Below are positions 25,965 to 37,661 of a DNA stretch of 62,000 bases, in pieces; position 1 is the stretch's first letter; each line of letters begins with the position of its first letter. The notes below the pieces were generated by a model, which saw only the letters and a list, made by a program, of their open reading frames with translations, was not told the origin of the DNA and did no database searches. Both the position numbers and the translations under genes were made by a program. The stretch spans positions 372,001-434,000 of the forward strand of contig NW_019091406.1 of NCBI RefSeq assembly GCF_001949145.1, given 5' to 3'. This stretch comes from Acanthaster planci (taxonomy: Eukaryota).

Positions 25965-26582
25965 GAATATATGCACATACATGTGCATTGTACCGGTCGG
26001 TTTATCTGTGAGCATGATGCATGCATTACATGTACCGTATGAATGGGAAAATACGGGTGACCATCTGTTTGAAGATGTACAGCGCTGCCATTGAGATAAC
26101 CCTGAGACTTCATGCATCGTGATAAAAGTAAACTTGACTGTTAAATGCACTACACGTGGTGCATTTATGTGGCAGTTGAACCTGTAAATGTACTGTTAGA
26201 TTTAAGCATATGGTACATGCACGTTCCAGTAGCTCAGTCCCAGTTTAAAGCATCATTACCTTTCATGGGTGGCGCCAGGAGAGGGAGTAAGGGGAACACT
26301 TGTCTACCCCCCCCAAAAGATTAAAAGAAAGATAAAAGGGATGAAAGGAGATGAAAAGAGCCAATTTGCTTGGGAAAAAAACTGAAATTGACCCCTCCCT
26401 CAACTGCTAATGGTTTATCCGTACGTTGCTAATCCCCCCTCCCAGTCACAGATGTGGAGGGTTACATTTACGCCCACGATAAAGCCAAATTTGCACTGCA
26501 CATGTATGTACCGGTACATGTACACCGTACATGAGTACCTTGTATTGTACATGTATTTGTCTGGATTGATTGCTTACTACAG

Positions 26583-26678
26583 TTGCTATGGATACTGATG
26601 CTAGCCACTCTGATGGGATTGCTCCTGCAGCGTCTTTCCGCCCGTCTTGGCGTAGTAACAGGGATGCACTTGGCTGAG
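26583..26678 (+). CDS. SLC11A2: SLC11 coding exon 4
   Basis: [36 protein letters not shown]; phase 0-0. Confidence 0.96.
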
Positions 26679-27543
26679 GTAATGCCGCTGCACGCCTGGT
26701 GCATTGTCTCCAGTGTTTCTTGTTTAATGACTGCAGAGATATGTCGTTCAGTTGAGACAGTGAGAGAAGATGGCTCCCAGATGATGCATACCACATGACT
26801 TCATATTAAGCTGTATGTCCTACCTCCATGGTCCTGACAATGTATTCATTTAGAATAACATGGAGAAGACTGGCATGTATGTTCACATGTACGTGCCCTC
26901 GGCTTTCACCATGGGATGGGGCAAATTTGTAACATTTCCAGCTTCTCTCATGAAATAGCATTCTTCCTTAGATGAAGCAGGGGCACTTTATTACAGAGGA
27001 CAGAATTGAACAAAGACCGACCATCAAGTGAAAAATGTTTTGTTCCTGTTGCACATATGTCCTCCACGGTAAAGTGAAACACGAACGTCTGATTTTACAA
27101 CAAAATAGTTCGCAAAATTACCCTGACTACTGAACTGAACCTCTGTTTTCACAACAAAATACGTGTAGTTCAGAAAATTACCCTGACTACAGAATTAGAC
27201 CAGTGGATTTGCTACATTTGGGTAACTGTGAGCAGACGGCGGGGACACTTTGTATAAAAGTAGATTTGACTTGTGATTTGACTGGTCTACGACAGTACAT
27301 GTAGGACTTCCATGACATCAGTTTGTAAATGTAGGTGTGCTACCAGGAGTCAGCAAGTTGGCATGCACTGGGAGTTGTAGTTGAGCTTGTAAGGGTTTTG
27401 TGATTCGGTCTGTGACTCCCATGACATCAGATGTAGGTGGTTACCAGGAAATACGTGTACCAGCGGCAGGTAGTGGTCATCAGTTAACTCTGCTTGGGAT
27501 TTGTGATTTGGCTGGTCTATGACTCTCCTGATATCAATTGTAG

Positions 27544-27674
27544 GTGTGTTACCGGGAATACCCCAAGGTGCCCCGCATAGTGCTGTGGCTGATGGTGGAG
27601 ATTGCCATCATTGGATCAGACATGCAGGAGGTCATAGGCACGGCTATCGCCTTCCATCTGCTCTCCAATGGAAA
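27544..27674 (+). CDS. SLC11A2: SLC11 coding exon 5
   Basis: [43 protein letters not shown]; donor GTGAGT; phase 0-2. Confidence 0.96.
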
Positions 27675-27880
27675 GTGAGTAATTCTCAGAAGACTGAACA
27701 AAAAAAAATCCAGACTCCCAAACAAATATACATATATGTACCAGACTTTGTTATGTGTTTGTATAGATCTATCTGCTATCAGGTGCGTGTGCCTTCAGTA
27801 TGGAAAGATTCTTTAAGTGCAAGTGTATTGATCCAAATAGTTTTGAAAAGTACGGCACAGCCCATACACATCATGAAAAT

Positions 27881-27939
27881 GTAACCCTAACACTCCTCAG
27901 TCCTCCAACAGGTGAAGGATTGAGGAGTGTTAGGCTTAA
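27881..27939. mobile_element. 59-bp palindromic mini-element, second copy
   Basis: Reverse complement of 22791-22849 with few mismatches. Confidence 0.6.
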
Positions 27940-28226
27940 TGTCCAAAATGCAGCTCTGGAGGATGTGATGTTATCTGAGAGAGACCTATTTGAAAACAAA
28001 GAAAATAGTCTAGAGTTAATCCAAAACCTCAACTTTTTTTCTTTTTTAACCTTTCAAGGAATTCTAATGAGTCAGAGGCTAGCATGAGTTTTGTTTCATC
28101 GTCTTCCAAAAAATGAGACAAAAGCACACCTGTGATGGACCACCATCGCAGGAAATTGGAACAGTAAACAGCAGTAGGTAGTTTCTTTCAGTAACAGAAG
28201 TGTTGTGCAGATGTGAATCTGTTTGA

Positions 28227-28496
<270 letters not shown>

Positions 28497-28855
28497 TAAA
28501 AGCTTTTTTTGATTTTTGCTTCTGAAGAATACGCATGTTGGCTAAATTACCGCCCCTTAGTGTATGCCACACCCATTTTGTAGCATCAGTCCATGCGTAC
28601 ACTGCACATGTGTATATGTACATTCACATGTTGTTGCGTAGCTTTAAATATACATGTACGTGTACACTTGTTATGTGTTGAAAATGTAATGATAAATACA
28701 GAATTCCAGCACTGGAAATAGATTACTCTGTGTCGAAAAAATCAGACGATCCTGAGAGAGTTTTATTGGAAAAGAATTTCTTTTAAAAAAGTGCTTGATA
28801 TCCAGTTTCAGACTTGCTTGCTGTACTTCAGTACTTGGAGTAAAGAACCCTGTAC

Positions 28856-29010
28856 TATGAGCCTTTTCGAACGAGTGGATTAGGCTTAGTCTTCGGCTTC
28901 GCTGGTTCCAGTCAACCTGAGGCAGTATTTGAATCTGCATGCAGAGGATCTGACTGGTACCAGCGAAGCCGAAGACGGAGCCTAATCCACTCGTTTCGAA
29001 AAGGCCCTAT
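28856..29010. repeat. Inverted repeat / MITE-like hairpin
   Basis: GCCTTTTCGAACGAGTGGATTAGGCTTAGTCTTCGGCTTCGCTGGTTCCAGTCA mirrored by TGACTGGTACCAGCGAAGCCGAAGACGGAGCCTAATCCACTCGTTTCGAAAAGGC. Confidence 0.85.
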
Positions 29011-30419
29011 GCTGTGCATATCTGTGGCATGGACTGCACTCGTATGTTCTTCCTACCACCAAAAAGCAGTGAAGTGAAGTCTCTGTTCAGGGAAAGTGAC
29101 AAATTGTTCATTCCCGTGTACGTGAACATGTAATGAAGATATGATTTTTACAATTTGAAATAGCGTGCTATGTCAATGATAAACATGTACTAGTAACTGT
29201 GATGGTTAAAACTACACTGTATATTTTCCATACGGGATACTGTGTCTGCTTCAAACGCTAGCACTTTCTGGTATTTTGCCTACTCTTTTTTTCCCCTCAT
29301 TTTGTGTTCTTGTAAATTCTCTGCCGTACTGTGTACATGAGTATGGTGCGTGTACCTGCACCCTGCTTCCATTATATCACCATTCAAAACATATGCAAAG
29401 ATGCATAGATTTCTTCATTTCCCTGCAGCGCCGTGCTGTGAAGTGATCCACAGGCATTGTCATGAACTGAAAAATATGCAGGTCGACGTATATCAGAAGT
29501 CTTAACACAGTAAAATATTTCATAAATTCATAATTTGATTTCTATTCCACCACGGCTGGTTGCATTTTATTATTTGGAGCCTGTCTGTCACCAAGAACTT
29601 GGCTTCAAGTGCCATATGTGGCGGCATAATTCTGTTGTCATTTATACCCAAGGCTGTTGGTTATTATATAATGAGCCAGTTTGGTATTTGAAAAAGCCAA
29701 GGTGTTTTGGGAACAAAGTGGGCATGTGAGTCAATGTATGGCTGCGCTAATGGGACAGACTGTCGCAGGCACATAGCTGTTCCGAATAGCCTCGTGCGGG
29801 GCATGTGCTGTTGGAATACTGAACAAGCTCATTCTAGAAAGCACGTCTCAAGTTACGAGCATATTGTAGAGTTTTAATTAAATTCACTTGCTAAGATCAG
29901 GTGTACTGTCCCTTGAGTGAACTTTTGACCATTTTTCCCATGACTGAAATCAACATACAGTCTTATTTCTGGTCACAAGCTTTAACATTTTGTTGTGTTT
30001 GTTAACACAGATAAGTTAAGTTTTGGTGTGGGGGTTTTTAAGAAGACTACGGATTTTGTGTCTTTCCTTTTCTGGGCCTTATAAATCTATTACATGTACG
30101 TGTGTTATTAAGCAGTCCAGTACCATATCCGATGGGCAGTCTTGTTCATTTGCGTTCCTTTGATGTGGAGACACTACATACATGGTCAACAATTTGCCCA
30201 TTCAGTTGAAAATCAAGTCCAACACATTTAGAATTACATGTACATGTAGCTTTGGTCCTAGTGACTTAGGTGTAATTGTGAGGTTCCACCAGTGACTGCA
30301 GGTCTTACACAGACTGTCTGCATTGTACATGTATATCAAAGACATGCTGTGCTGTGCTTAAAATGAACATCATGTACATGTATATGTACCATTCCTATTT
30401 CCTTTAAAATGGCACTTTG

Positions 30420-31017
30420 CAGTGTTGTAGGACTCAAATCCAGGTGTCTGACACAAGTCACTTTTTTCGTCACTCGGACTTGACTCGAGTCACATTGGAA
30501 AATGACTCAGACTCGACCATGATGATTCGGACTCAAGCTTGGTGACACGAGTCACACATTTTCTTTAAAATTTTACAAATTTCTTAAATGACCGTAGCAT
30601 TCCTTCTTAATGAAACTCAATGCCGAGGTGGCATTTTTTTCCACTTGACTGGTGAGAACGGCGAGATCTGCAACATTGAAATGCATGCATTCACGTTAAG
30701 TAGCCCAGGAGCCGGAGTCTGCGGTGCAGGCTTTTTGTAAAGAATAAAGAAAACACCTGCTTGTATTCAAAGTTTGGTGGATTCTTCTTCTTTCTGGTGA
30801 AAAACTTTGCTTTTCCTTTATTTTGAACTATAATGCTTTGAAAAATGATTAATTTAAGCAATCTGAGAAAAGCACACGTTCCTGTATGTCAAGCAAAAAC
30901 CACAGAATTCTATGTGCCTGCCAAGCAGATTGGTGAATAACTTAAAACAAGTGGCTTGGATTCGGACTCGAGGCTTGTAACTCGTGACTTGACATTGGTG
31001 ACTTGACTACAAGACTT
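30420..31017. mobile_element. hAT-type non-autonomous element
   Basis: CAGTGTTGTAG and CTACAAGACTT termini; 7/8 TSD GCACTTTG vs ACACTTTG; subterminal GACTCG/GACTTG repeats. Confidence 0.65.
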
Positions 31018-31090
31018 ACACTTTGTAAGAATAACTCTATCTACTTGCAGTGAACCCTAAGTCATTTTTTTGTTATTTCCTAGATGTTGA

Positions 31091-31198
<108 letters not shown>

Positions 31199-31333
31199 TA
31201 GATCTAATTACTAGTCCAAAATTTTTCTAGTATGAATTCAAGTCAATCCCAAAAGTGCTACCCGTACATTGAAAATCTTTATTAGTGTTTCCAAATTATA
31301 AGTTGTGTTTCATAGGTTATATTTCCACTGAGT

Positions 31334-31452
31334 GTTGGGTGTGTTGGGCTGTGTTGGGTTGGGGTGGGCTGGGCTGGGTTGGGTTGTGCTGGGTTGGGCG
31401 TGGCTGGTTGGGTTGGGTTGGGTGTAGCTGAGCTGGGCTGGGTTGTGTTGAG
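31334..31452 (+). repeat. Degenerate (GGGTT/GGGCT)n pentamer tract
   Basis: About 24 imperfect 5-bp units in the SLC11 intron between exons 7 and 8. Confidence 0.85.
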
Positions 31453-31528
31453 CTGGATTCCATTCCATTTACTGATTGGCAAATGAAAAGCTACCAGTTC
31501 ATATATCTGTCCTCCTGATCTTTCTCAG

Positions 31529-31684
31529 TACATCACCGTAGCCCCAGACCAGACGAAAGTACTGGCAGGCTTGTTCATCCCCAGGTGCCAGGGCTGTGAC
31601 AAACAAGCGGGCCTGCAAGCGGTAGGCATCATTGGTGCCATCATCATGCCCCACAATATCTACCTACATTCAGCTCTCGTCAAG
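31529..31684 (+). CDS. SLC11A2: SLC11 coding exon 8 (TM6, MPHNIYLHS motif)
   Basis: [52 protein letters not shown]; phase 0-0. Confidence 0.97.
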
Positions 31685-32188
31685 GTAAGACCAAAAAGAG
31701 CTTGCACGGTTGGAAATGCTCAGTGTCGGGACTGCTTGCGTGAATGGGCAAGGGCAGACTTATGGCCGATATTTTGGGCGGTCATTTTCTTTTCACTGAT
31801 TGACATGCCGACTCTGTGGTTTATTTAATGTATAGGCAAGTTTAAGTGCAGTCTATGGGGGTTTTTGGTCAACCATTAGTTGATATTGCCTGGTACCCAG
31901 GATTTATGTTATGCACAGATTACAGGGAAAATTTGCCAGTGGTCATCATTCAAGCTTATCTCTTATTGTAGGCTGAAGAGGGCATTTTTGTACATGTATT
32001 TGCACACAAAATCTGTATGACCAGTTCCATTTTTGAAATGATCCACAAAGTTGGTTCCAATCCACAAGATTCAGCAATCACCCACTCAGGAGAAATCAAG
32101 CCTGGAGTGTGAATGTGTTACAAGAAAACTCAGGGACACCAGATATTCAAACTTAAGGCTCAGTGGGCCTGGTGTTCTTTTCTTGCAG

Positions 32189-32347
32189 TCGCGTGATGTA
32201 CGCCGAGAGAAGAAAGAGGCCATCAAGGAAGCCAACATGTATTTTTTTATTGAAGCATGTATTGCGCTACTAGTAGCGTTCATTATCAACCTGTTCGTGG
32301 TGTCCGTCTTCGCTGAAGGGCTGTACAAGCACACCAATGCCGAAATC
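32189..32347 (+). CDS. SLC11A2: SLC11 coding exon 9
   Basis: SRDVRREKKEAIKEANMYFFIEACIALLVAFIINLFVVSVFAEGLYKHTNAEI; phase 0-0. Confidence 0.96.
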
Positions 32348-33074
32348 GTAAGCATGCGCCCATTTCCTTTAGCCCTTTCCCAAATTTCCAGAAATTTTCC
32401 ACTGCAGGAACCCAGTGGCCCATATTTTGTACCTTAACTTTCAAGGGGTATCAAGTCTCATTAAGAGTGGAAAAAAATTGTTTTGGGCCACACCTGCCTC
32501 AACCCTACCAAGTCCGCCAAGATCAGCTGGTGGACTTTGTAGGATGTGGGAGGGTTTAGCATGAGTTGCCAGGGGGGATGCCTGGTTCATGAAGTGAACT
32601 GCTTACTCACAAGGAGGCCATAATGAATTGAAAGCGAGGTTAGAGCCTATTTAACAGATTGCTTTGATTACAATAGATTCAGTGAATAAAATTGAAACTG
32701 CATGGCTTCCCATGAATTAGATCTGTTCCATGTTTACCGTCATCATTCCAGGGTTACTGCATCTGATGGTAGCAAGAAAATTATATGCCATCCTTTAAAT
32801 CAAAGAATCCTCCGTTGCGGGATGCACGTGTCCTCGCAAGTAAAACATTTCTTGCTTACCTGTGAAATGCACTAACAGATAATGCAGAATTGTCTGCCAC
32901 AGGAAGTAGAAATTCTTTGCTTATGACAAGCACAGATTTTTAATGCCTTAGGCATTTGGGTCCCTTAGGTATTTGGGTCTCTCAGGCATTTTAGTCCCTT
33001 AGGCGAGGGATAATTCTGCTTAACACAAAAAACTGACAGGCACGTTACAGTGATTGCCATTTGTTTGCTTTCAG

Positions 33075-33170
33075 TACAACATGTGCGAAGCGCAAGACAT
33101 CGCATTCAACTACACAAAATATTTCCCCGACAACACAAACCTGGTAGAGAAAATGGACATTTTCAAAGGG
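33075..33170 (+). CDS. SLC11A2: SLC11 coding exon 10 (extracellular loop)
   Basis: YNMCEAQDIAFNYTKYFPDNTNLVEKMDIFKG; resembles NRAMP FP.NN....DIYKG; AG/GTAAGG. Confidence 0.9.
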
Positions 33171-33229
33171 GTAAGGATATATGATTGGTATCATATGTGG
33201 TTATTTTCATGCATGAAAGACTGATAAGC

Positions 33230-33583
33230 CTTTTGCAAATTTTATTTGAATAAAATCTGGTACACTGAGTTATCTTATTGCACATGAACATAATAATTTG
33301 AATTCTAGAGACACTGGAGACACTGTTGCTATGCTTTGTGATTCGGGGCAAGCTTTTGCATAGCGACTTTCATCTCTGGAATGGACTGGTTCCTTTGTAC
33401 CCTTCTTATCTATTGAAAACAGTGTATTGGTGCAAGGCATCTCTTACATTACTAAGGAAAAGCTTGCCCCGAATCACGCGGTATAGCAACAGTATCTTTA
33501 GTGTGGAGAATTCAAATCGTTATGTTCATGTGAATTGAAAGAACTCTGTTTACCACATTTTTTTCAAATTTAACTTGCAAAAG
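33230..33583. mobile_element. MITE-like element with long imperfect inverted arms
   Basis: CACATGAACATAATAATTTGAATTC...GTGATTCGGGGCAAGCTTTT mirrored by AAAAGCTTGCCCCGAATCAC...GAATTCAAATCGTTATGTTCATGTG; arms over 100 bp. Confidence 0.75.
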
Positions 33584-35080
33584 ACTTATTACACCATCTG
33601 TGTTATTAAAGTGGCTGATAGTTGGTATCAAACATCAACAGACATGGTGTCCTTCCACAGCAAGGTGTTTACCAAAATAAAGTCCATTGTCAGTGTCATG
33701 CTCAGCACATGAGTAGTCTGAGGATTTTTACCAACGTCGGCTTTATGTTTGGTAAATGACTCTTAGGAGACACGTTGCTGTGGGAAGATGCTATGTTTCC
33801 TGATGTTTGATACCCACTGTAGGTCATGTGATTTAGCAGGCACATTCGGTCTACTGGAGTGCTGAGTTTGAGCTCTTAACCACTTGCTGTCGGGGAACCC
33901 TGTTTCAAGCACCATGGGTTTATACGCAGAGCCGGGCTGCCCGAAACCGGACAAAAAAGCTGGTCCATGTAAGAAAAGACCGTACTCTGAGCAAAAGACC
34001 TGCTGCTGGGAATTAGCATCATTTTTTGGCTTGCATTTTTCGAAGGTTACCCGTCCCTTTTTTTAACAGTATACCACTGTTTTGGGCATAGCGTGCTCGC
34101 GGATTAGCACCGCGGACAAAAGTGCTCCAGGGCCCCATTGATTAGCGACACAGCACCGCTGCATGCTAATCCAGCCGCATTTTAAAAGACGCCACTCGCA
34201 TTCACTGGGGACAAAGGAAATTACGCAACACCTCACAATTCTGGGCTCTCTTTACAGGGCAGCAGGCCTGGCTGGAATACTCAGGAGTTAACGAAGGTTG
34301 CCTGTCAGCTTAGAGTAGCCACCAAATAGTCATTCGTGTGGGTGGAAACATCCATTAACCCTAACCTTCCCCAACCACACAGAATTAAACAGTAGTAAAG
34401 TATGTAATTCTGTGGGGATAGGTCTGGTAGGCCCATAACAGCTGGCTTTTGCATTGGGTTTGGCATACCTCAGAAAAACAAAGTCCAACAGCCTCTGTGC
34501 ACAAAGTCCCATATTGGTGTTTAACTTTGTGTGAATGGGGAAGTTTAGGGCCAGCAACCCTTGGGGGGTTAGGGTTAAATGAAATGACGAATTTTTGAAG
34601 AATTTTGAAAACTGAAAATCTTGAAAATCTCCTGTATGTGTGCACTGCATTTTTTAAAGCACCTGGCAGCAAGTGGTTAACTTGTCACAGTGAGTTCACA
34701 TATTGACAAGTGGAGTTGTTGTGAATTCTCAATACGTTGGTCACACACCAATCAAACAAATCCTCTTGCCCCTACTTTAAAACAAAGTGGCAATGGTTTC
34801 CCTTCAGTTTTCTGAGCAAGGTTGATCTCTTGTTAACTTTGAGTTAAGTTGAGAACTGACTTGCAGCATGAAATGTTTCCGAGTGTATTTTTACCAGTCA
34901 GTGTCGGGTAGATTGTTCCATCCAACGTGGAATGGAACATTCCAACCTCATGAAGGTATTCTTACCCTGACTCTCATTAACATGCACTATTCATTCACTT
35001 AATTTCTAATGTTAAAGAGCTTAGAGGGTCAGGTTCGCAAAGGGTTAAGCATTTGAAAAGCAATGCTTTCTTGCACACAG

Positions 35081-35350
35081 GGCTTGTACCTTGGCTGTGA
35101 GTTTGGTGCTGTGGCATTGTACATATGGGCCATTGGGATCCTGGCATCAGGCCAGAGCTCAACAATGACCGGCACCTACGCCGGCCAGTTCGTCATGGAG
35201 GGATTTCTGAACCTGAAGTGGCCGCGCTGGAAGCGTATCATGCTGACACGGTCCATCGCCATCCTGCCCACCATCACGATCGCAATCTTCAAGGGCGTGG
35301 ATGACCTGACCGGGATGAACGATCTCCTGAACGTCGTCATGAGTCTGCAG
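35081..35350 (+). CDS. SLC11A2: SLC11 coding exon 11 (consensus transport signature)
   Basis: [64 protein letters not shown]...[15 protein letters not shown]. Confidence 0.98.
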
Positions 35351-35830
35351 GTAAGACGTGTCGCAAGTAGCAGGGTCTTTGTGCAACAGGTTACAGTTCA
35401 TGAATAAATATTAGTTCAATGTTCTTCTCTTGCTTACTTATTTTCCAAAGATTCTAAATTAAGACACTGATTACAATCAGTGATTTAGTCAAGCCCATCT
35501 CAAGCTCTTTGACAACTCCAATGGCTCTAATCACAAGTCCTTTCACTAGACCAGTTATAAGTAACAGGTTGAACAGTGATAAAGGAATGGTTATGTCAGT
35601 GCTCATCTGAGTAGCTTGTGCCTTCACTGGCGACCGGATGGCCTTTGATATTTACTAACTCCAGCTCAGCTCTGAACCAGCCAGCTAAACCCTGGCAAGC
35701 TCAGGGGTCATGTTGTTAAGACATCTGCACTAGTGCACAGTGATCATGTGCCCATATCTGTCTTTAGTTTTGGAAGATTCTCAATTCCCCAAAGTGAGAC
35801 TGTCTCCTCTTTGCTTTTTTTGACCCTCAG

Positions 35831-35904
35831 CTACCTTTTGCCTTGATTCCAATTCTAACGTTCACCAGTGCAGACACGTTAATGAGCGACTTTAAGAACG
35901 GAAT
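35831..35904 (+). CDS. SLC11A2: SLC11 coding exon 12
   Basis: LPFALIPILTFTSADTLMSDFKNG; phase 0-2. Confidence 0.95.
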
Positions 35905-36035
35905 GTGAGTATGATGCACATTACGGCCGATCAGTTCTTCAAAATTTTACCATTAACTATAAACATTCCAAGCATTCAAAGTCCTTTAGTTGGCCTTCCT
36001 GGTCATTGATTGTATTTTTTCTTTTCACCTTACAG

Positions 36036-36192
36036 AATCTCTAAGATTTTCTGTGTTTTGTTAGCTGTCGCCATCATCGGTATCAACATGTTCTTTGTTG
36101 TGACGTACGTGCCCTCTTTACCGCAGCACTGGGCGATGTACGTCTTAGTTGCCGTTATTCTTTGCGCATACCTTGTCTTTATATGCTACTTG
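36036..36192 (+). CDS. SLC11A2: SLC11 coding exon 13 (TM11-12)
   Basis: ISKIFCVLLAVAIIGINMFFVVTYVPSLPQHWAMYVLVAVILCAYLVFICYL; phase 2-0. Confidence 0.93.
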
Positions 36193-36800
36193 GTAAGTGG
36201 AGTAAGGCAGACATAGTGGTACGGGGACAGTTGTTTTGTGGAGAAATCGGTTTAATGAAATGGGGGAAATGTCTCTGAAATGTTGACTTCATTCCCACCA
36301 GTTTGTGGCATTCTTTAGAGCTTATACCTTTTGGATTGAAATGAAAAGCACACCTTTACTGGTTGTGCATGAATGAAAGGATAGGCAAGGTGATTGGAGT
36401 TGCTTGTTGGCTGAGTGAAAAGGATAGGGCAAGCCCTTCCCGCTGGCATGCCATTTGACTAGAAACTCAAGAAAAGCAAGTCTCCCAGGGATGCTTACTA
36501 GCTGAATAAAAGATTGGCTAGTCGCTCAGGGTGACTTGTTACCTGGATAAAATGATTGGTGAGTTGCTCAGGGCAGCTGAATGAAAAGATAGGCAAACTC
36601 TTCACAGTGACTCGCTCGTTAAATGAACAGATTAGCAAGTTGCTCAGAGTGGCTTGCTTATTGAGACGGACAAGCTGTTTTGAGTGGCTTGCTGAACCAA
36701 TACCAAAATGCATTCCGGGCAAACTTCATATTTACGTGCAGAGCTGTGGCCTTACTGCTCTGGTAAATCCATTCTGACACACCGTATGCATTCTTTGCAG

Positions 36801-36857
36801 GTCTGGTATTGTCTGATCACGTTAGGAGTGACGTTTCTGAAAAACATACCCATCCCA
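36801..36857 (+). CDS. SLC11A2: SLC11 coding exon 14
   Basis: VWYCLITLGVTFLKNIPIP, like NRAMP WQCLIALG.SFL; ttgcAG/GTGAGT. Confidence 0.88.
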
Positions 36858-37535
36858 GTGAGTATTCCATGCTACTCCTTGAGGGTATAGCCAGGGTATA
36901 AATGTCGAATGTTCGGAAACTTTCAGTTTCATCATCACGGCTACTTTTTTTTATAAATTGACCCAAGTTGTTGGTTTAGTTTATCCTAACTAACAAAGTG
37001 GTTCCAAAACATGCAGATACATTCAAATTATTTTGAACGAAGGAAAAAAAGTTCTAGGAAAAGTGCATTCACCTTAGCGAGGAGTATCAAGAGCCTGATA
37101 CTGACTTCACATCCAACTGATGTTTCAGGTTGCATGGCCGTGGTGTCCACTCGGCCGTGTTTGTTTCAAATGGTCTAGCGGACCCAGAAAGATCACTGGT
37201 TGAATGGTAAAAGCATCCTCTCTTGCAAGAAAGTGGTAACAGGTTCAAGTCCCTCCTGTGCAAACTTGTGAATTTCTCTTGCAGGTTCACTAAAAGAACA
37301 CGGCACAGTCACAGTGTGGTGAAGAGCAAAACCAATGTTGAACGTGCCAACACTCCCTCCCCCCCACCAAACCAGTCCCGTCTGATGTCTTCTTTCCCAA
37401 AAAACGTTTGACAGGAGGCACTTCGTCTTAATACCGGGCCCTGAGCTGCCTGGCAGCCACGCCCTCCCTGGCAACCAACCCCTCCCCCCTTTGTGCGACA
37501 ATTAGTAATGTTCCACCTGCACTGTGTCGTTTCAG

Positions 37536-37661
37536 TGCTGCAGCCTGACTGCACAGACGTACAATCTGGACGGTCTGGCAGAGGAAGAGGACGTTGGAGG
37601 CACCCAAGAGAGTCCCACGACAGAGGAACCCAACAGCTCCAAAGACAACGCCCATCCGTAG
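37536..37661 (+). CDS. SLC11A2: SLC11 putative terminal coding exon
   Basis: tttcAG acceptor; CCSLTAQTYNLDGLAEEEDVGGTQESPTTEEPNSSKDNAHP*; acidic tail reminiscent of DMT1 LTAQ..LYLL. Confidence 0.65.
   Translation, partial: CCSLTAQTYNLDGLAEEEDVGGTQESPTTEEPNSSKDNAHP

Noticed and set aside
36300..36720. Degenerate roughly 50-bp repeats (GCTGAATGAAAAGATAGGCAA-like) in an SLC11 intron
   Set aside because: Looks like an old decayed minisatellite with no coding or structural signal
37190..37260. tRNA-like segment with A box TGGTTGAATGG and B box GGTTCAAGTCC
   Set aside because: No convincing acceptor stem or cloverleaf; more likely a SINE head or tRNA pseudogene fragment
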